This document shows positions 21,157 through 32,420 of a DNA stretch of 64,000 nt, one piece after another (positions within the stretch are counted from its first letter, which is position 1; every line of letters starts with the position of its first letter). The stretch spans positions 224,001-288,000 of the forward strand of contig OZ243961.1 of the NCBI GenBank assembly GCA_965214605.1. Reading direction: 5' to 3'. The position numbers were made by a program, and so were the translations under genes. The DNA comes from an uncultured Candidatus Binatia bacterium. GTDB taxonomy: Bacteria > Desulfobacterota > Binatia > Bin18. Under the pieces are notes generated by a model. That model had not been told where the DNA came from. It did no database searches and saw only the letters and a program-made list of their open reading frames with translations.

Positions 21157-21711
21157 TTAGCCCTCAATACCGAGTCGCTGCTTGCCCTCGGCCGAGATCA
21201 TCTCCGGTCCCCAGGGCGGATCCCAAACGACCTGCACGTCGGCCTCTTCGACTCCCGGCAGGCTCTCAATCCGGTGCTGGGCATCCATAGCAATGGCCGG
21301 ACCCATGCCGCAGCCCTGCGCGGTGAGCGTCATCTTGACCTCGACTTTGCTCTCGCCGTTGGGCAGCGACTGCAGCTGCATATCGTACACCAGCCCTAAG
21401 TCCACAATATTTACCGGAATCTCGGGGTCATAGACATTTTTGAGGGCCGCCCAGACCTGCTCTTCGCTGAGCGTTCCATCGTCTGCTTCCGAGGCTGTTT
21501 CTGCTTCCACTGTGGGCCGTTTGCCAATCGCGTCGGCATCGGCATTCGACACTCGATACAAGCCGCCCAAGGTTGGCAGCTGGAGGGTATAGGTGTCGCC
21601 AAGGGCCTGGGTAATCACGCCCGGCGTGCCCTTGGGGATGATCACAGTTGTTCCCTGAGGGATCTGCACGACTTCACAGTCTCTCTGAAACTCGATTTCT
21701 TCATAGCTCAT
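21157..21711 (-). CDS. sufT: Fe-S cluster assembly protein SufT (DUF59/PaaD-like)
   Basis: VITQALGDTYT N-domain; VYDPEIPVNIVDLGLVY, MTLTAQGCGMG, VWDPPW. Confidence 0.88.
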   Translation of the reverse strand: MSYEEIEFQRDCEVVQIPQGTTVIIPKGTPGVITQALGDTYTLQLPTLGGLYRVSNADADAIGKRPTVEAETASEADDGTLSEEQVWAALKNVYDPEIPVNIVDLGLVYDMQLQSLPNGESKVEVKMTLTAQGCGMGPAIAMDAQHRIESLPGVEEADVQVVWDPPWGPEMISAEGKQRLGIEG

Positions 21712-21788
21712 CAGGCTCTTCCTTTCGTCTACGGAGTAATATAATTTAGACGAATAAGGTCCATGATGTCAATTCGAAAAGCGCGGCT

Positions 21789-22712
21789 TCAGCCCTTATC
21801 TCGAAAATCCTTGAAGGCTGCCCGGACCAAATCCGGGCGGTCTTCCTGCACATAGTGGCCGCTTCGTAAAATGACCGAGATGTCCGAGGTGGGGATCTCT
21901 TTGTTGAGCTGGCGGCCGACCTCCAGCGGTACAAAGGCGTCGTGCGGTCCCCAAACCAGCAGGGTCGGGATATCCATTTGGGACAACGTGGGCGTGATTT
22001 CTTGTTCGAGCACCAAACCGGCATCAAACTCTCGGATCAACTTCCGTAGGCTCGTCCATGCTCCAGGGTCGTCCTGATAGGGCGCTAGATAGGGCCTGAG
22101 AGCGATATCGCTCATCTTGTCCTGGTCTTCCACCCCGGCTCGGAAGACGCGTTTGAGAAACCAGTCGCCGGTCAACAGCCGACCGAGCCCAGGCAGGCCG
22201 AGTAAACGGACGTTGAGGGGCGGGCTGTTGTCATACAGTGGGGCGCCGACCAGAATGAGCTTGCGGACTGCTTCAGGGTTTCGAACCGCGTGCAGAGCGA
22301 CGATCAGGGCTCCGACCCCGTGACCGCCAAGGATTGGATTTTCCAGATTGAGCTCTTGCAGAAAGGTGCTGAGCTGGGAAGTGTAGGTTTCAATATCGTA
22401 GCGCCGATCCTGAGGTTTTTCCGAATAGCCGAAGCCCATCAGGTCAAGGGTATAGACGGTTGTGCCGTAGGTCAGACCTGGGATGATGTTGCGCCAGATG
22501 TAGGACGAGGTACCAAGTCCGTGTAATAAAACCATTGGTCGGCCCAGACCTTGTTGGTCATAGTGCAGAGCTACTCCGTCGATGTTGATGTATTTTTTAT
22601 CGGGATATTTCTCTTGCAGGGCCGCGCCGGAGAGGCTGGATTGCGAGCCGCAGGCGGCCACTAGTAGAGCCACGGCGAATAGTCCCGTCCTCATCCACAT
22701 CCGATTTTTCAT
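21789..22712 (-). CDS. Alpha/beta-hydrolase fold lipoprotein
   Basis: Lipobox LLVAAC, LLHGLG, DLMGFGYS, WGPHD, GHYVQED; nucleophile elbow reads GHGVG. Confidence 0.85.
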   Translation of the reverse strand: MKNRMWMRTGLFAVALLVAACGSQSSLSGAALQEKYPDKKYINIDGVALHYDQQGLGRPMVLLHGLGTSSYIWRNIIPGLTYGTTVYTLDLMGFGYSEKPQDRRYDIETYTSQLSTFLQELNLENPILGGHGVGALIVALHAVRNPEAVRKLILVGAPLYDNSPPLNVRLLGLPGLGRLLTGDWFLKRVFRAGVEDQDKMSDIALRPYLAPYQDDPGAWTSLRKLIREFDAGLVLEQEITPTLSQMDIPTLLVWGPHDAFVPLEVGRQLNKEIPTSDISVILRSGHYVQEDRPDLVRAAFKDFRDKG

Positions 22713-22869
22713 ATGTCTCCCCGCTTTCTTGGTCGCTTCCTCGGAACGCGAAGTTTGACACGCCTGAGGCGGACACGCACAATGGCGGCGACTCTTCTGT
22801 GAGGCTCCCGGTACTGTAGCGTTACGCTGGGCTTCCGACAAGGGGGTGCTGCGGATTAAGGAGGAGAAA

Positions 22870-23523
22870 ATGGCACAACACGAGTTGTTTGAAATCATGG
22901 CATCAACCCGGAGTATGCGCCGTCTGAAACCCGATCCGGTTCCAGACGAGCTTATTTACCAAGTCCTGGATGCCGGGATTCGAGCGCCGAGCGGGACCAA
23001 TACTCAAAACTGGCGTTTTGTGGTGGTCAAAGACCCGGATATCAAAAAACAGGTGGCTGCGGTCTACCAAAAGGGCTGGGCCCAGGTGGAACAGATGTAC
23101 GGGAGCCGCCCCGGACCCGAACATATGGAAGAGGGCAAGTTTCGCCGTCTGATCGACGCTGCTTCGTATCTGGCCCAAAACATGGCCGAGGTCCCGGTCC
23201 TCCTGTTCGCCTGTCTCAAAGAACGGGCTATGCCGCCTGAGCTCGCGGCGAGACTCGCGCGTTTGTCCGGCTCAAGTATTTATCCCGCGGTCCAGAATAT
23301 GCTGCTGGCATGTCGCGCCCTAGGACTCGGTGCCACCCTGACAACGGTTGCCTCGCTCCACGAAGAAGCAATTCGGACCGTTTTACAGCTGCCCGCAGAC
23401 GTTTCGACCTATGCCTTGCTGCCAATCGGCTACCCTATGGGCAGGTTTGGACCAGTAACACGCGTCCCAGTTGAAGAGGTGAGCTGTGTCGATCAGTGGG
23501 GAACGCCGTTCAAAAAAGGCTGA
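22870..23523 (+). CDS. Nitroreductase family protein
   Basis: TRSMRRLKPDPVP, APSGTNTQNWRF, VQNMLLACRALGLG, IGYP. Confidence 0.9.
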   Translation: MAQHELFEIMASTRSMRRLKPDPVPDELIYQVLDAGIRAPSGTNTQNWRFVVVKDPDIKKQVAAVYQKGWAQVEQMYGSRPGPEHMEEGKFRRLIDAASYLAQNMAEVPVLLFACLKERAMPPELAARLARLSGSSIYPAVQNMLLACRALGLGATLTTVASLHEEAIRTVLQLPADVSTYALLPIGYPMGRFGPVTRVPVEEVSCVDQWGTPFKKG

Positions 23524-23550
23524 CACTGGGCTGGAGAGGACCGGATGGGC

Positions 23551-24054
23551 TCATCCCTTCCGGTTTTTCTCGTTCAACAGGGTGGTAATCGCCCACTCAT
23601 AGCCGTCAACCAGCGCCATCCAGGCCGAAGCCAGCAGGTCGCGCGATTTTCGCATGGTGCTCCACTGCTGCTGACCGTCGCTAAATTTCATAATCGACAC
23701 CACCTCGGCGGCGGTCCCACTTCCGCCCCGGTGGGTGTACAACTCGACGAGCCGTACATCTCTGATGATAAGCGGAAAATGGTGGAGTAAGACCCGGCGC
23801 AAAGCCGAATCTAGGGCCTGGACGCCGCCCACCCCCTGGGCAGTCTCACTGTCTTCCTGGCCGTTTATCTTGACAACCACCACGGCGTCTATAGCACGAT
23901 GTCCTTCCCACTCTTCATCAACCACCCGCCAGCGGACGATTTCGAATGGTGGACAGTAGCTCTGGTCTTGCCGCCAGCGGGCCACATCTTGCGATGCCTG
24001 GGGCGTTGCGACGGCGTCGAAGAATTCCTTGGACGGTTGCTGGTGTCGTGTCAT
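23551..24054 (-). CDS. Stand-alone alpha-isopropylmalate/citramalate synthase regulatory domain protein
   Basis: AVVVVKING...AQGVGGVQALDSALRRVL...WSTM...ASAWMALVDGYEW resembles the LeuA/CimA allosteric domain. Confidence 0.7.
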   Translation of the reverse strand: MTRHQQPSKEFFDAVATPQASQDVARWRQDQSYCPPFEIVRWRVVDEEWEGHRAIDAVVVVKINGQEDSETAQGVGGVQALDSALRRVLLHHFPLIIRDVRLVELYTHRGGSGTAAEVVSIMKFSDGQQQWSTMRKSRDLLASAWMALVDGYEWAITTLLNEKNRKG

Positions 24055-24102
24055 GGAGACTTCCTGTGAGTGCTGAGTGAGACGCTTGATGGACTGGGCA
24101 TT

Positions 24103-24342
24103 TTACTCATCCCCTAAGGTGTCCCAGTGAATTTCCCAAAATTGGGGCAGGGGTGGGGCAAACTCGAAATGCCCGCCAAAGCACGCAAAGCTGGGTTGAT
24201 GGGATAAACGCTCACGCAGCAGATGGAGATACTCCTCAAGCTCACGCTCACTTGGGCCACCCGACGCGCTGCTAGCGGTCGGGGCGCCTATATCCATGCG
24301 CCGGCGGTGGCCACATTTTTGACAACTGATATCGACGTGCAT
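24103..24342 (-). CDS. Hypothetical small protein (CxxC)
   Basis: ORF with GGGGA RBS, ISCQKCGH motif, co-oriented with the neighbouring gene. Confidence 0.55.
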   Translation of the reverse strand: MHVDISCQKCGHRRRMDIGAPTASSASGGPSERELEEYLHLLRERLSHQPSFACFGGHFEFAPPLPQFWEIHWDTLGDE

Positions 24343-24417
24343 AGGTTCCCCTGGATTTGTTGCCCTGAACCAGATACATAATACTGCCTACATGACTCCA
24401 AAGGAGGCTGCAAGCGC

Positions 24418-24771
24418 ATGCCGTTGGTCACATTTGTTAAGCAAGAGCTGAGTGTTGAGGTGCCCCAAGGGGCGAACCTGCGAGAAGTAGCGCTGGAGCA
24501 TAAAATTAACCTGTACACGTTTCCTGATAGCTTACTCAACTGTCGGGGTCGCGGCCTGTGCGGCACCTGTCGGGTGCAGGTGGACGATCATCGGGCGCTC
24601 TCCGAACGCACGATAGCGGATGAAAAAAAGAACGGCTGGGAGGGCAAAACCTACCGTTTAGCCTGCCAAGCGCAGGTGCTTGACGATGTGTCGGTTGTCA
24701 CGAGTCCGCGCCGGCTCCTGGGCTGGATGAACCATCCGACTTACGCCAGTATGAAAAAAGAAGGCGCCTAA
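24418..24771 (+). CDS. 2Fe-2S ferredoxin
   Basis: NCRGRGLCGTC...RLACQ; AAAGGAGG RBS. Confidence 0.9.
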   Translation: MPLVTFVKQELSVEVPQGANLREVALEHKINLYTFPDSLLNCRGRGLCGTCRVQVDDHRALSERTIADEKKNGWEGKTYRLACQAQVLDDVSVVTSPRRLLGWMNHPTYASMKKEGA

Positions 24772-24881
24772 TTGTCTAAGCCCAGACCACGACATCTTGT
24801 AGATCAGTGGGTGTTCTTGTCAAAGGGATAGCGCTTTGATAGGAAAAACTATGCTCATAGTGGCAAGCATAGTCAGAACTG

Positions 24882-26413
<1,532 letters not shown>

Positions 26414-26444
26414 CACGAAACACTTTTCGCGCTAACACAGCCCT

Positions 26445-27971
26445 ATGATTCTTATCCTTGACTTTGGCAGTCAGTACACCCAGCTGATCGCTCGACGCGT
26501 GCGGGAGGCCCAGGTGTATTGCGAAATTCATTCCTACTCACTGGCAGCCAAGGCCATCCGCGAGCTGCAACCGGAGGGTATCATTCTGTCGGGTGGACCG
26601 GCCAGTGTGTACGAGGCCGATGCACCCATGCTGGAGGCGGCGGTGATTGATACGCCGGTGCCTTTTCTGGGCATCTGCTACGGTATGGGAGTCTTGCACC
26701 AGCTTGCCGGGGCCAAGATCGCCAGGGCTGAGCGACGCGAGTTTGGGGCGGCCCGGCTGTTTGTTGACGACAGGCGTGATCTGTTTGCCGGATTTTCAGA
26801 TGCCGATTCCAGCCAGGTGTGGATGAGTCACGGTGATAAATCAGAGCGTCTGCCGGACGGCTGGTCTGTGCTGGCCCATTCGCCCAACTCTCCAATCGCT
26901 GCCTGCCGCGACGCCTCAGGACGCCTGTTTGGCGTGCAGTTTCATCCCGAGGTGGTCCATACCGAGCGCGGGCGCGAAGTGTTGCATAATTTCCTGTTTC
27001 AGGTCTGTGGCTGCCAGCCCAACTGGACGATGGAAGGCTTTGTCGAGTACGAGATCGGCCGCATCCGTGAACAGGTAGGCGACGGTCGGGTGGTGTGCGG
27101 GTTGAGCGGTGGTGTGGATTCCGCGGTGGTGGCCGCCCTACTCAGCCGGGCGATCGGTGAGCGCCTGACGTGCATTTTCGTGGATAACGGTCTGCTGCGC
27201 CAGGGCGAAGCCGAACAGGTCGAGCAGACCTTCTCCGACCTGGAGATTCGACTGCGGTGTGTGAATGCAGCCGAACGCTTTCTCAAAAATCTGAGCGGCG
27301 TTGAAGACCCGGAGCGCAAGCGCCGTATTATCGGCCACACCTTTATCGACGTCTTTGAAGAAGTTGCCCGACCGTTGGAGGCCGACTTTCTGGCCCAGGG
27401 GACTCTGTATCCGGACGTAATTGAATCGGTGTCGTTCAAGGGCCCGTCGGCTACCATCAAAAGCCACCACAACGTCGGTGGCCTGCCTGAGCGCATGCGG
27501 CTGGCCCTGATTGAACCCTTGCGTGAGTTGTTCAAAGACGAGGTCCGGGGGCTGGGGCGGGTCTTGGGGCTGTCTGAGGAGATTGTTGGACGCCAGCCTT
27601 TCCCCGGTCCAGGGCTGGCTATTCGTCTGCTGGGCGCGGTCGAGGAGTCACAGCTGGCGCTCCTACGCCAGGCCGACGCCATCGTTGATGAGGAGATCCG
27701 AGCGACGGATTTCTACCATAAAATGTGGCAAACCTTTGCCGTCCTGCTCCCGGTCAAAAGCGTTGGGGTGATGGGAGACGCCCGGACCTACGAGAACGTG
27801 GTCGCTATTCGGGCGGTTGAGAGCGTAGACGGTATGACCGCGGACTGGGCCCGGTTGCCGCACGAGGTGCTGAGCACCATATCGAATCGCATCATCAATG
27901 AAGTCCGAGGGATCAACCGGGTCGTGCTGGATATTTCTTCTAAGCCGCCGGCAACGATTGAGTGGGAATGA
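26445..27971 (+). CDS. guaA: GMP synthase (glutamine-hydrolysing)
   Basis: [40 protein letters not shown]. Confidence 0.98.
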   Translation: MILILDFGSQYTQLIARRVREAQVYCEIHSYSLAAKAIRELQPEGIILSGGPASVYEADAPMLEAAVIDTPVPFLGICYGMGVLHQLAGAKIARAERREFGAARLFVDDRRDLFAGFSDADSSQVWMSHGDKSERLPDGWSVLAHSPNSPIAACRDASGRLFGVQFHPEVVHTERGREVLHNFLFQVCGCQPNWTMEGFVEYEIGRIREQVGDGRVVCGLSGGVDSAVVAALLSRAIGERLTCIFVDNGLLRQGEAEQVEQTFSDLEIRLRCVNAAERFLKNLSGVEDPERKRRIIGHTFIDVFEEVARPLEADFLAQGTLYPDVIESVSFKGPSATIKSHHNVGGLPERMRLALIEPLRELFKDEVRGLGRVLGLSEEIVGRQPFPGPGLAIRLLGAVEESQLALLRQADAIVDEEIRATDFYHKMWQTFAVLLPVKSVGVMGDARTYENVVAIRAVESVDGMTADWARLPHEVLSTISNRIINEVRGINRVVLDISSKPPATIEWE

Positions 27972-27977
27972 TTCCAC

Positions 27978-28061
27978 GTCTGGCAGTATCAGGCAGGTAA
28001 ATTCACTATAACCCATTGTATTAAATGGGTTTTTTCTTATATTGTCTGGCAGTATCAGGCA
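27978..28061 (+). repeat. 18-bp exact direct repeat GTCTGGCAGTATCAGGCA (27978-27995, 28044-28061), probable integrase arm-type sites
   Basis: Two identical copies immediately inside the left island junction. Confidence 0.7.
28010..28036 (+). terminator. Putative guaBA terminator
   Basis: AACCCATT-6 nt-AATGGGTT followed by a T-run, ~40 bp after the guaA stop. Confidence 0.55.
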
Positions 28062-28105
28062 TTCTCTAGCACCGTCAAGCAAGCTTTTTTAATGGTATAT
28101 TTGCA

Positions 28106-28811
28106 GGTAATCTGGAGTACGACAAAAGTGAAAAGAGGTACTTCGCATCTAGCAAGTTTAATCCACGTTTTTTTAAGCCCGATTCAGATCAGTATTTATC
28201 GCAACTACGCATGGTCACTGACGGAAGCAGCGCGCCGCAGGAGACCTGGCTGTCAAAACTACCCGACGTCGCATGGATGCTGATACCGTATCGTCGGATC
28301 GAACTGCCGTCCTTCGTTCACTGCTAGCAGCTATACGAGAAGAAAAGCTGTTGAAGTTCGGTACCAGTCAATGAGCCCGAACCGACCAGAGGCAATCTGG
28401 CGTGTCATAAACCCACATGCATTTGGAAGCGACGGGCTCCGGTGGTATGTGCGGGCTTATTGCCACATCTCACACATGTTCAAAGACTTTGTGCTTTCGC
28501 GTTGCCTTAAGTGCCACGAGGCCGGCGCGGCCGAAGCGAAAGCATCAGAAGATAAGCAATGGCACGACATGATAGAAGTAAAGCTCATTCCCAATCCGAA
28601 GCTTTCAGAGTTACAACAAAGAATAATTACCTCAGATTACGATATGAAAAACAATTATTTATCTCTTAAACTCAGAAAGTCTCTCATCTGTGATTTCAAC
28701 AAGCGATTCCGCTTAGATGTCGCCAACGCCTTGGACGACCCCCAGGAAGTGCCGGTTGTGGTTGCTGATAAAGAAGCCTTCGATAACGCACTCAACGAGG
28801 CCATGGGGTGA
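28106..28811 (+). pseudogene. WYL-domain regulator (CapW/BrxR-like), 5' truncated and frameshifted
   Basis: GNLEYDKSEKRYFASSKFNPRFFKPDSDQYL...IPYRRIE / TAVLRSLLAAIRE / KAVEVRYQSMS...PHAFGSDGLRWYVRAYC...FKDFVLSR, interrupted by two frameshifts; N-terminal wHTH missing. Confidence 0.8.
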
Positions 28812-28889
28812 GTGTCGGAGACAAATTGTTCACAGGCAAGCGAGGTGCTCGGTTTGCATGTTGAACAGGCGGACACTCGGAGGCCGAGA

Positions 28890-31800
28890 ATGACGGATAC
28901 AAAATCAGCGACATTGGAAGACCTGAAAGCTGGTGCTTCAGTTCAGGGTTTGACGCCCTCAGGAACAGCCAAGGTCGTCAATATAGAGTGGTTTGGCGAC
29001 CAGGCCGTAAAAGTGATATTTGAGGATTCTAACGGTAGTGTTCAGGATCGCCTCATCTCCCGGGATGAGGAACATACGCTCAAAATCGCATCTGCCGGAA
29101 GAACATGGTCTTTTGATGCAGACAGCGAACTGCTGCGCCTAGTAACTGAGGCGAACAGAATCAAACTCGCACATCATTTCGATCCCTATCTCGCCATTCA
29201 CACGAGCCTTGTTCAGCCACTCCCGCACCAGATAACCGCCGTATATGGAGAAATGCTGCCAAGACAGCCGCTTCGTTTCTTGCTCGCCGATGATCCAGGC
29301 GCAGGCAAGACGATAATGGCCGGGTTGCTGATCAAGGAGCTGATTGCCAGAGGCGATCTTGAGAGGTGCCTCGTTGTGGCACCAGGCAGCCTAGTCGAGC
29401 AATGGCAAGATGAGCTTGGAGAAAAGTTCAATCTGGAGTTCGACATTCTGAGCCGGGACATGATCGAAAACTCCCGATCAGGCAATCCGTTCAATGATCG
29501 GAATCACCTGATTGCCCAGCTGGACGTGCTATCTCGTAATGAAGAGCTACAGGAGAAGCTCATTCGCTCGAACGAATGGGATGTCGTAATCTCGGACGAA
29601 GCGCACCGGATGTCTGCGAGCTATTTTGGCGGAGAGGTGAAATACACCAAGCGCTATCAACTCGGACAAAAGCTTGGCCGAATATGCCGCCACTTGCTAT
29701 TGATGTCGGCGACACCTCACAACGGCAAGGAAGAAGATTTTCAGCTCTTCATGGCGCTCCTCGACGGGGACCGCTTTGAAGGTCGCTTCCGAGATGGCGT
29801 GCATTACGCCGACACGGAAGACATGATGCGCCGCCTCACCAAAGAAGAGCTGCTGAAGTTCGACGGCACGCCGCTATTCCCAGAGAGACGCGCCTACACG
29901 GTCAAATACGATCTGTCTGATGAGGAAGCCTCGCTTTACGCGGCGGTCACGGAGTATGTCCGAACCGAGATGAACCGGGTCCAGCGCTTCGCAGAGGAAG
30001 ACGGCAAGAAGCGGAACAACGTAGGGTTTGCTCTGCAAATCCTACAGCGCCGCCTGGCCTCTTCACCGGCAGCCATCTACCAGTCTCTGAAACGTCGTCG
30101 TGAAAGGCTGGAGAACGAGCTTGCCGAAGCCCGGCTTATCGCAAGAGGCAAAAAATTTGACCTTTCGTCGAGCGCTGAAATGCTCAGCGACGAAGTGCTG
30201 AAAAACATCGACGAGTATGGCGAGGACGAAGTCGAGGAATTTGAAGAGACGATTTCGACAACAGCAACCACGGCCGAGAGTGTTGAGCAGCTGGAGATCG
30301 AAGTCGATACGTTGAAGCGTTTGGAGCAGCAGGCACTGGTTATCTTACGCTCCGGCAAAGACACCAAGTGGCTTCAGCTGAACAAGATACTTGATGATGA
30401 GTTGATGATCGACAGTGAAGGTATACGTCGAAAGCTGATTATCTTCACAGAAGCAAAGGACACATTGAATTATCTTGCAGGAAAAATTCGAACGCGACTG
30501 GGTAAACCAGAGAACGTCGAAGTTATACACGGCGGGGTAGCACGAGAAGAGCGTCGAAAGGTCATCCACAGATTCATGCAGGATCGGGATTTGATGATTC
30601 TGGTGGCTAACGACGCCGCTGGCGAAGGTGTAAACCTTCAGCGCGGGCATATGATGGTCAATTACGACCTTCCCTGGAATCCCAACAAAATCGAACAGCG
30701 GTTCGGTCGAATCCACCGCATTGGGCAGACAGAGGTGTGCCACCTTTGGAATCTCGTCGCGGCAGAGACGAGAGAGGGAGAAGTATATGCGCGATTACTT
30801 GAAAAACTCGAAACAGCCCGGAGCGCACTCAAGGGGCGTGTCTACGATGTTCTGGGAGAATTATTCGAAGGCACATCGTTAAAGGACTTGCTCTGGGATG
30901 CAATCCAATACGGAGAGCGAGACGATGTAAAAGCAAACCTCTTCAAGCAGATCGACGGAGCGGTTGATTACCACCACATCGAACATCTTTTGAAGAAACG
31001 AAAACTAACAAACGACATGATGCCCGAGTCTGCGGTTGAGAGAGCCCGCCTCGAAATGGAACGGGCAGAGGCGCAGCGATTGCAGCCGCATCACATTCAA
31101 AGTTTTTTCATTGAAGCATTCAAGCATTTGGGTGGCCGCATCAAGGATCGGGAAGAAGGCCGGTTCGAGATCACGCATGTTCCAGTACGAGTACGGGAGC
31201 GGGACAGGCTAATCGGAACCGGTGCGCCTATTCAAAAGCGTTTTGAGCGTGTTTGTTTCGACAAGCAGTTCATTAACCGGCAGCCCGTCGCCGAGTTCGT
31301 GTGCCCGGGTCACCCGCTGCTAGAGTCAGTAATAAGCTTGATTCGCGAGCAATATGGCGATCTCATGAAGCTCGGCGCGATCATGGTAGACGAGACCGAT
31401 CCAGGCGAGGATATTCGAGCTGTCTTCTTGCTGGAACACAGCATAGAAGACGGACGGAAAACAAGTTCAGGCGCAGCACAGATTGTATCTCAACGACTGC
31501 AATTCGCGAGCATTCAGGAAGACGGAACAGTTACCAATGCGGGGATAGCACCACATTTGAATTTGCGAGCGGTAACTCCCGACGAGACAGATACAGTCAG
31601 GCAAAACCTTACTGCCAACTGGCTTTCAGATGATCTGGAATCGAAGGTCAAACAGTTCGCCATCATGGAGTTGGCTCAAGGACACCTCAAGGAGGTAAAG
31701 GAAAGACGACTACCTGAAGTAGAGAAGACCGAGAGAGAGGTTCAAGCACGCCTCAAGAAAGAGATAAATTTCTGGGATTCACGGGCCTTTGAGCTTAAAG

Positions 31801-32420
31801 AGCAAGCAAAGTCCGGCAAGAAGACCCGGCTGAATTGGGAGAATGCACAGCGCAGGGCTGAAGACCTAGCTGACCGATTAAAGCGCAGGATGGAACAACT
31901 CGCCCAAGAGAGAAGCATTACTGCTTCCGCACCTGTAGTCCGTGGAGGATTAATAGTAATCCCACAAGGTCTCCTCAGCAGAGCAAACGCAGAAGGGGAA
32001 AGCACAATACCAAAGGGATTTGCAGAAAGCGCTGCCAGCCGTCGTGAAATCGAAATCAAAGCGATGGATGCGGTTATGGAGACGGAGCGCGCACTCGGCA
32101 ACGAGCCATGTGACGTATCCGAGCAAAAAGTCGGTTACGACATTCTATCCTTCGATCCTGAGAAGAAGGTTCAACGATTTATAGAAGTGAAAGGCCGGAT
32201 TGAGGGAGCTGACAACGTGATGCTAACGCGCAATGAAATTATCACTTCGCTTAACAAACCAGACGATTACATTTTAGCCATAGTCCAAGTAAACGAAGAG
32301 TACGTGCATGAACCAAAGTATGTACGCGGCGCTCTTTCTGAACATGAGCCATCGTTCGAGCATACGGCGATCCAGTTTAACTTAAACAGCCTGCTAGAGC
32401 GGGCAGGGGCCCCTCAATGA
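28890..32420 (+). CDS. SNF2-family helicase with C-terminal DUF3883 PD-(D/E)xK nuclease domain
   Basis: LLADDPGAGKT, DEAH, SATPH, QRFGRIHRIGQ; C-terminal GYDILS...IEVKG. Confidence 0.92.
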   Translation: MTDTKSATLEDLKAGASVQGLTPSGTAKVVNIEWFGDQAVKVIFEDSNGSVQDRLISRDEEHTLKIASAGRTWSFDADSELLRLVTEANRIKLAHHFDPYLAIHTSLVQPLPHQITAVYGEMLPRQPLRFLLADDPGAGKTIMAGLLIKELIARGDLERCLVVAPGSLVEQWQDELGEKFNLEFDILSRDMIENSRSGNPFNDRNHLIAQLDVLSRNEELQEKLIRSNEWDVVISDEAHRMSASYFGGEVKYTKRYQLGQKLGRICRHLLLMSATPHNGKEEDFQLFMALLDGDRFEGRFRDGVHYADTEDMMRRLTKEELLKFDGTPLFPERRAYTVKYDLSDEEASLYAAVTEYVRTEMNRVQRFAEEDGKKRNNVGFALQILQRRLASSPAAIYQSLKRRRERLENELAEARLIARGKKFDLSSSAEMLSDEVLKNIDEYGEDEVEEFEETISTTATTAESVEQLEIEVDTLKRLEQQALVILRSGKDTKWLQLNKILDDELMIDSEGIRRKLIIFTEAKDTLNYLAGKIRTRLGKPENVEVIHGGVAREERRKVIHRFMQDRDLMILVANDAAGEGVNLQRGHMMVNYDLPWNPNKIEQRFGRIHRIGQTEVCHLWNLVAAETREGEVYARLLEKLETARSALKGRVYDVLGELFEGTSLKDLLWDAIQYGERDDVKANLFKQIDGAVDYHHIEHLLKKRKLTNDMMPESAVERARLEMERAEAQRLQPHHIQSFFIEAFKHLGGRIKDREEGRFEITHVPVRVRERDRLIGTGAPIQKRFERVCFDKQFINRQPVAEFVCPGHPLLESVISLIREQYGDLMKLGAIMVDETDPGEDIRAVFLLEHSIEDGRKTSSGAAQIVSQRLQFASIQEDGTVTNAGIAPHLNLRAVTPDETDTVRQNLTANWLSDDLESKVKQFAIMELAQGHLKEVKERRLPEVEKTEREVQARLKKEINFWDSRAFELKEQAKSGKKTRLNWENAQRRAEDLADRLKRRMEQLAQERSITASAPVVRGGLIVIPQGLLSRANAEGESTIPKGFAESAASRREIEIKAMDAVMETERALGNEPCDVSEQKVGYDILSFDPEKKVQRFIEVKGRIEGADNVMLTRNEIITSLNKPDDYILAIVQVNEEYVHEPKYVRGALSEHEPSFEHTAIQFNLNSLLERAGAPQ

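Noticed and set aside
27978-28061. CRISPR mini-array
   Set aside because: Only two 18-bp copies, located at an att junction, with no cas genes.
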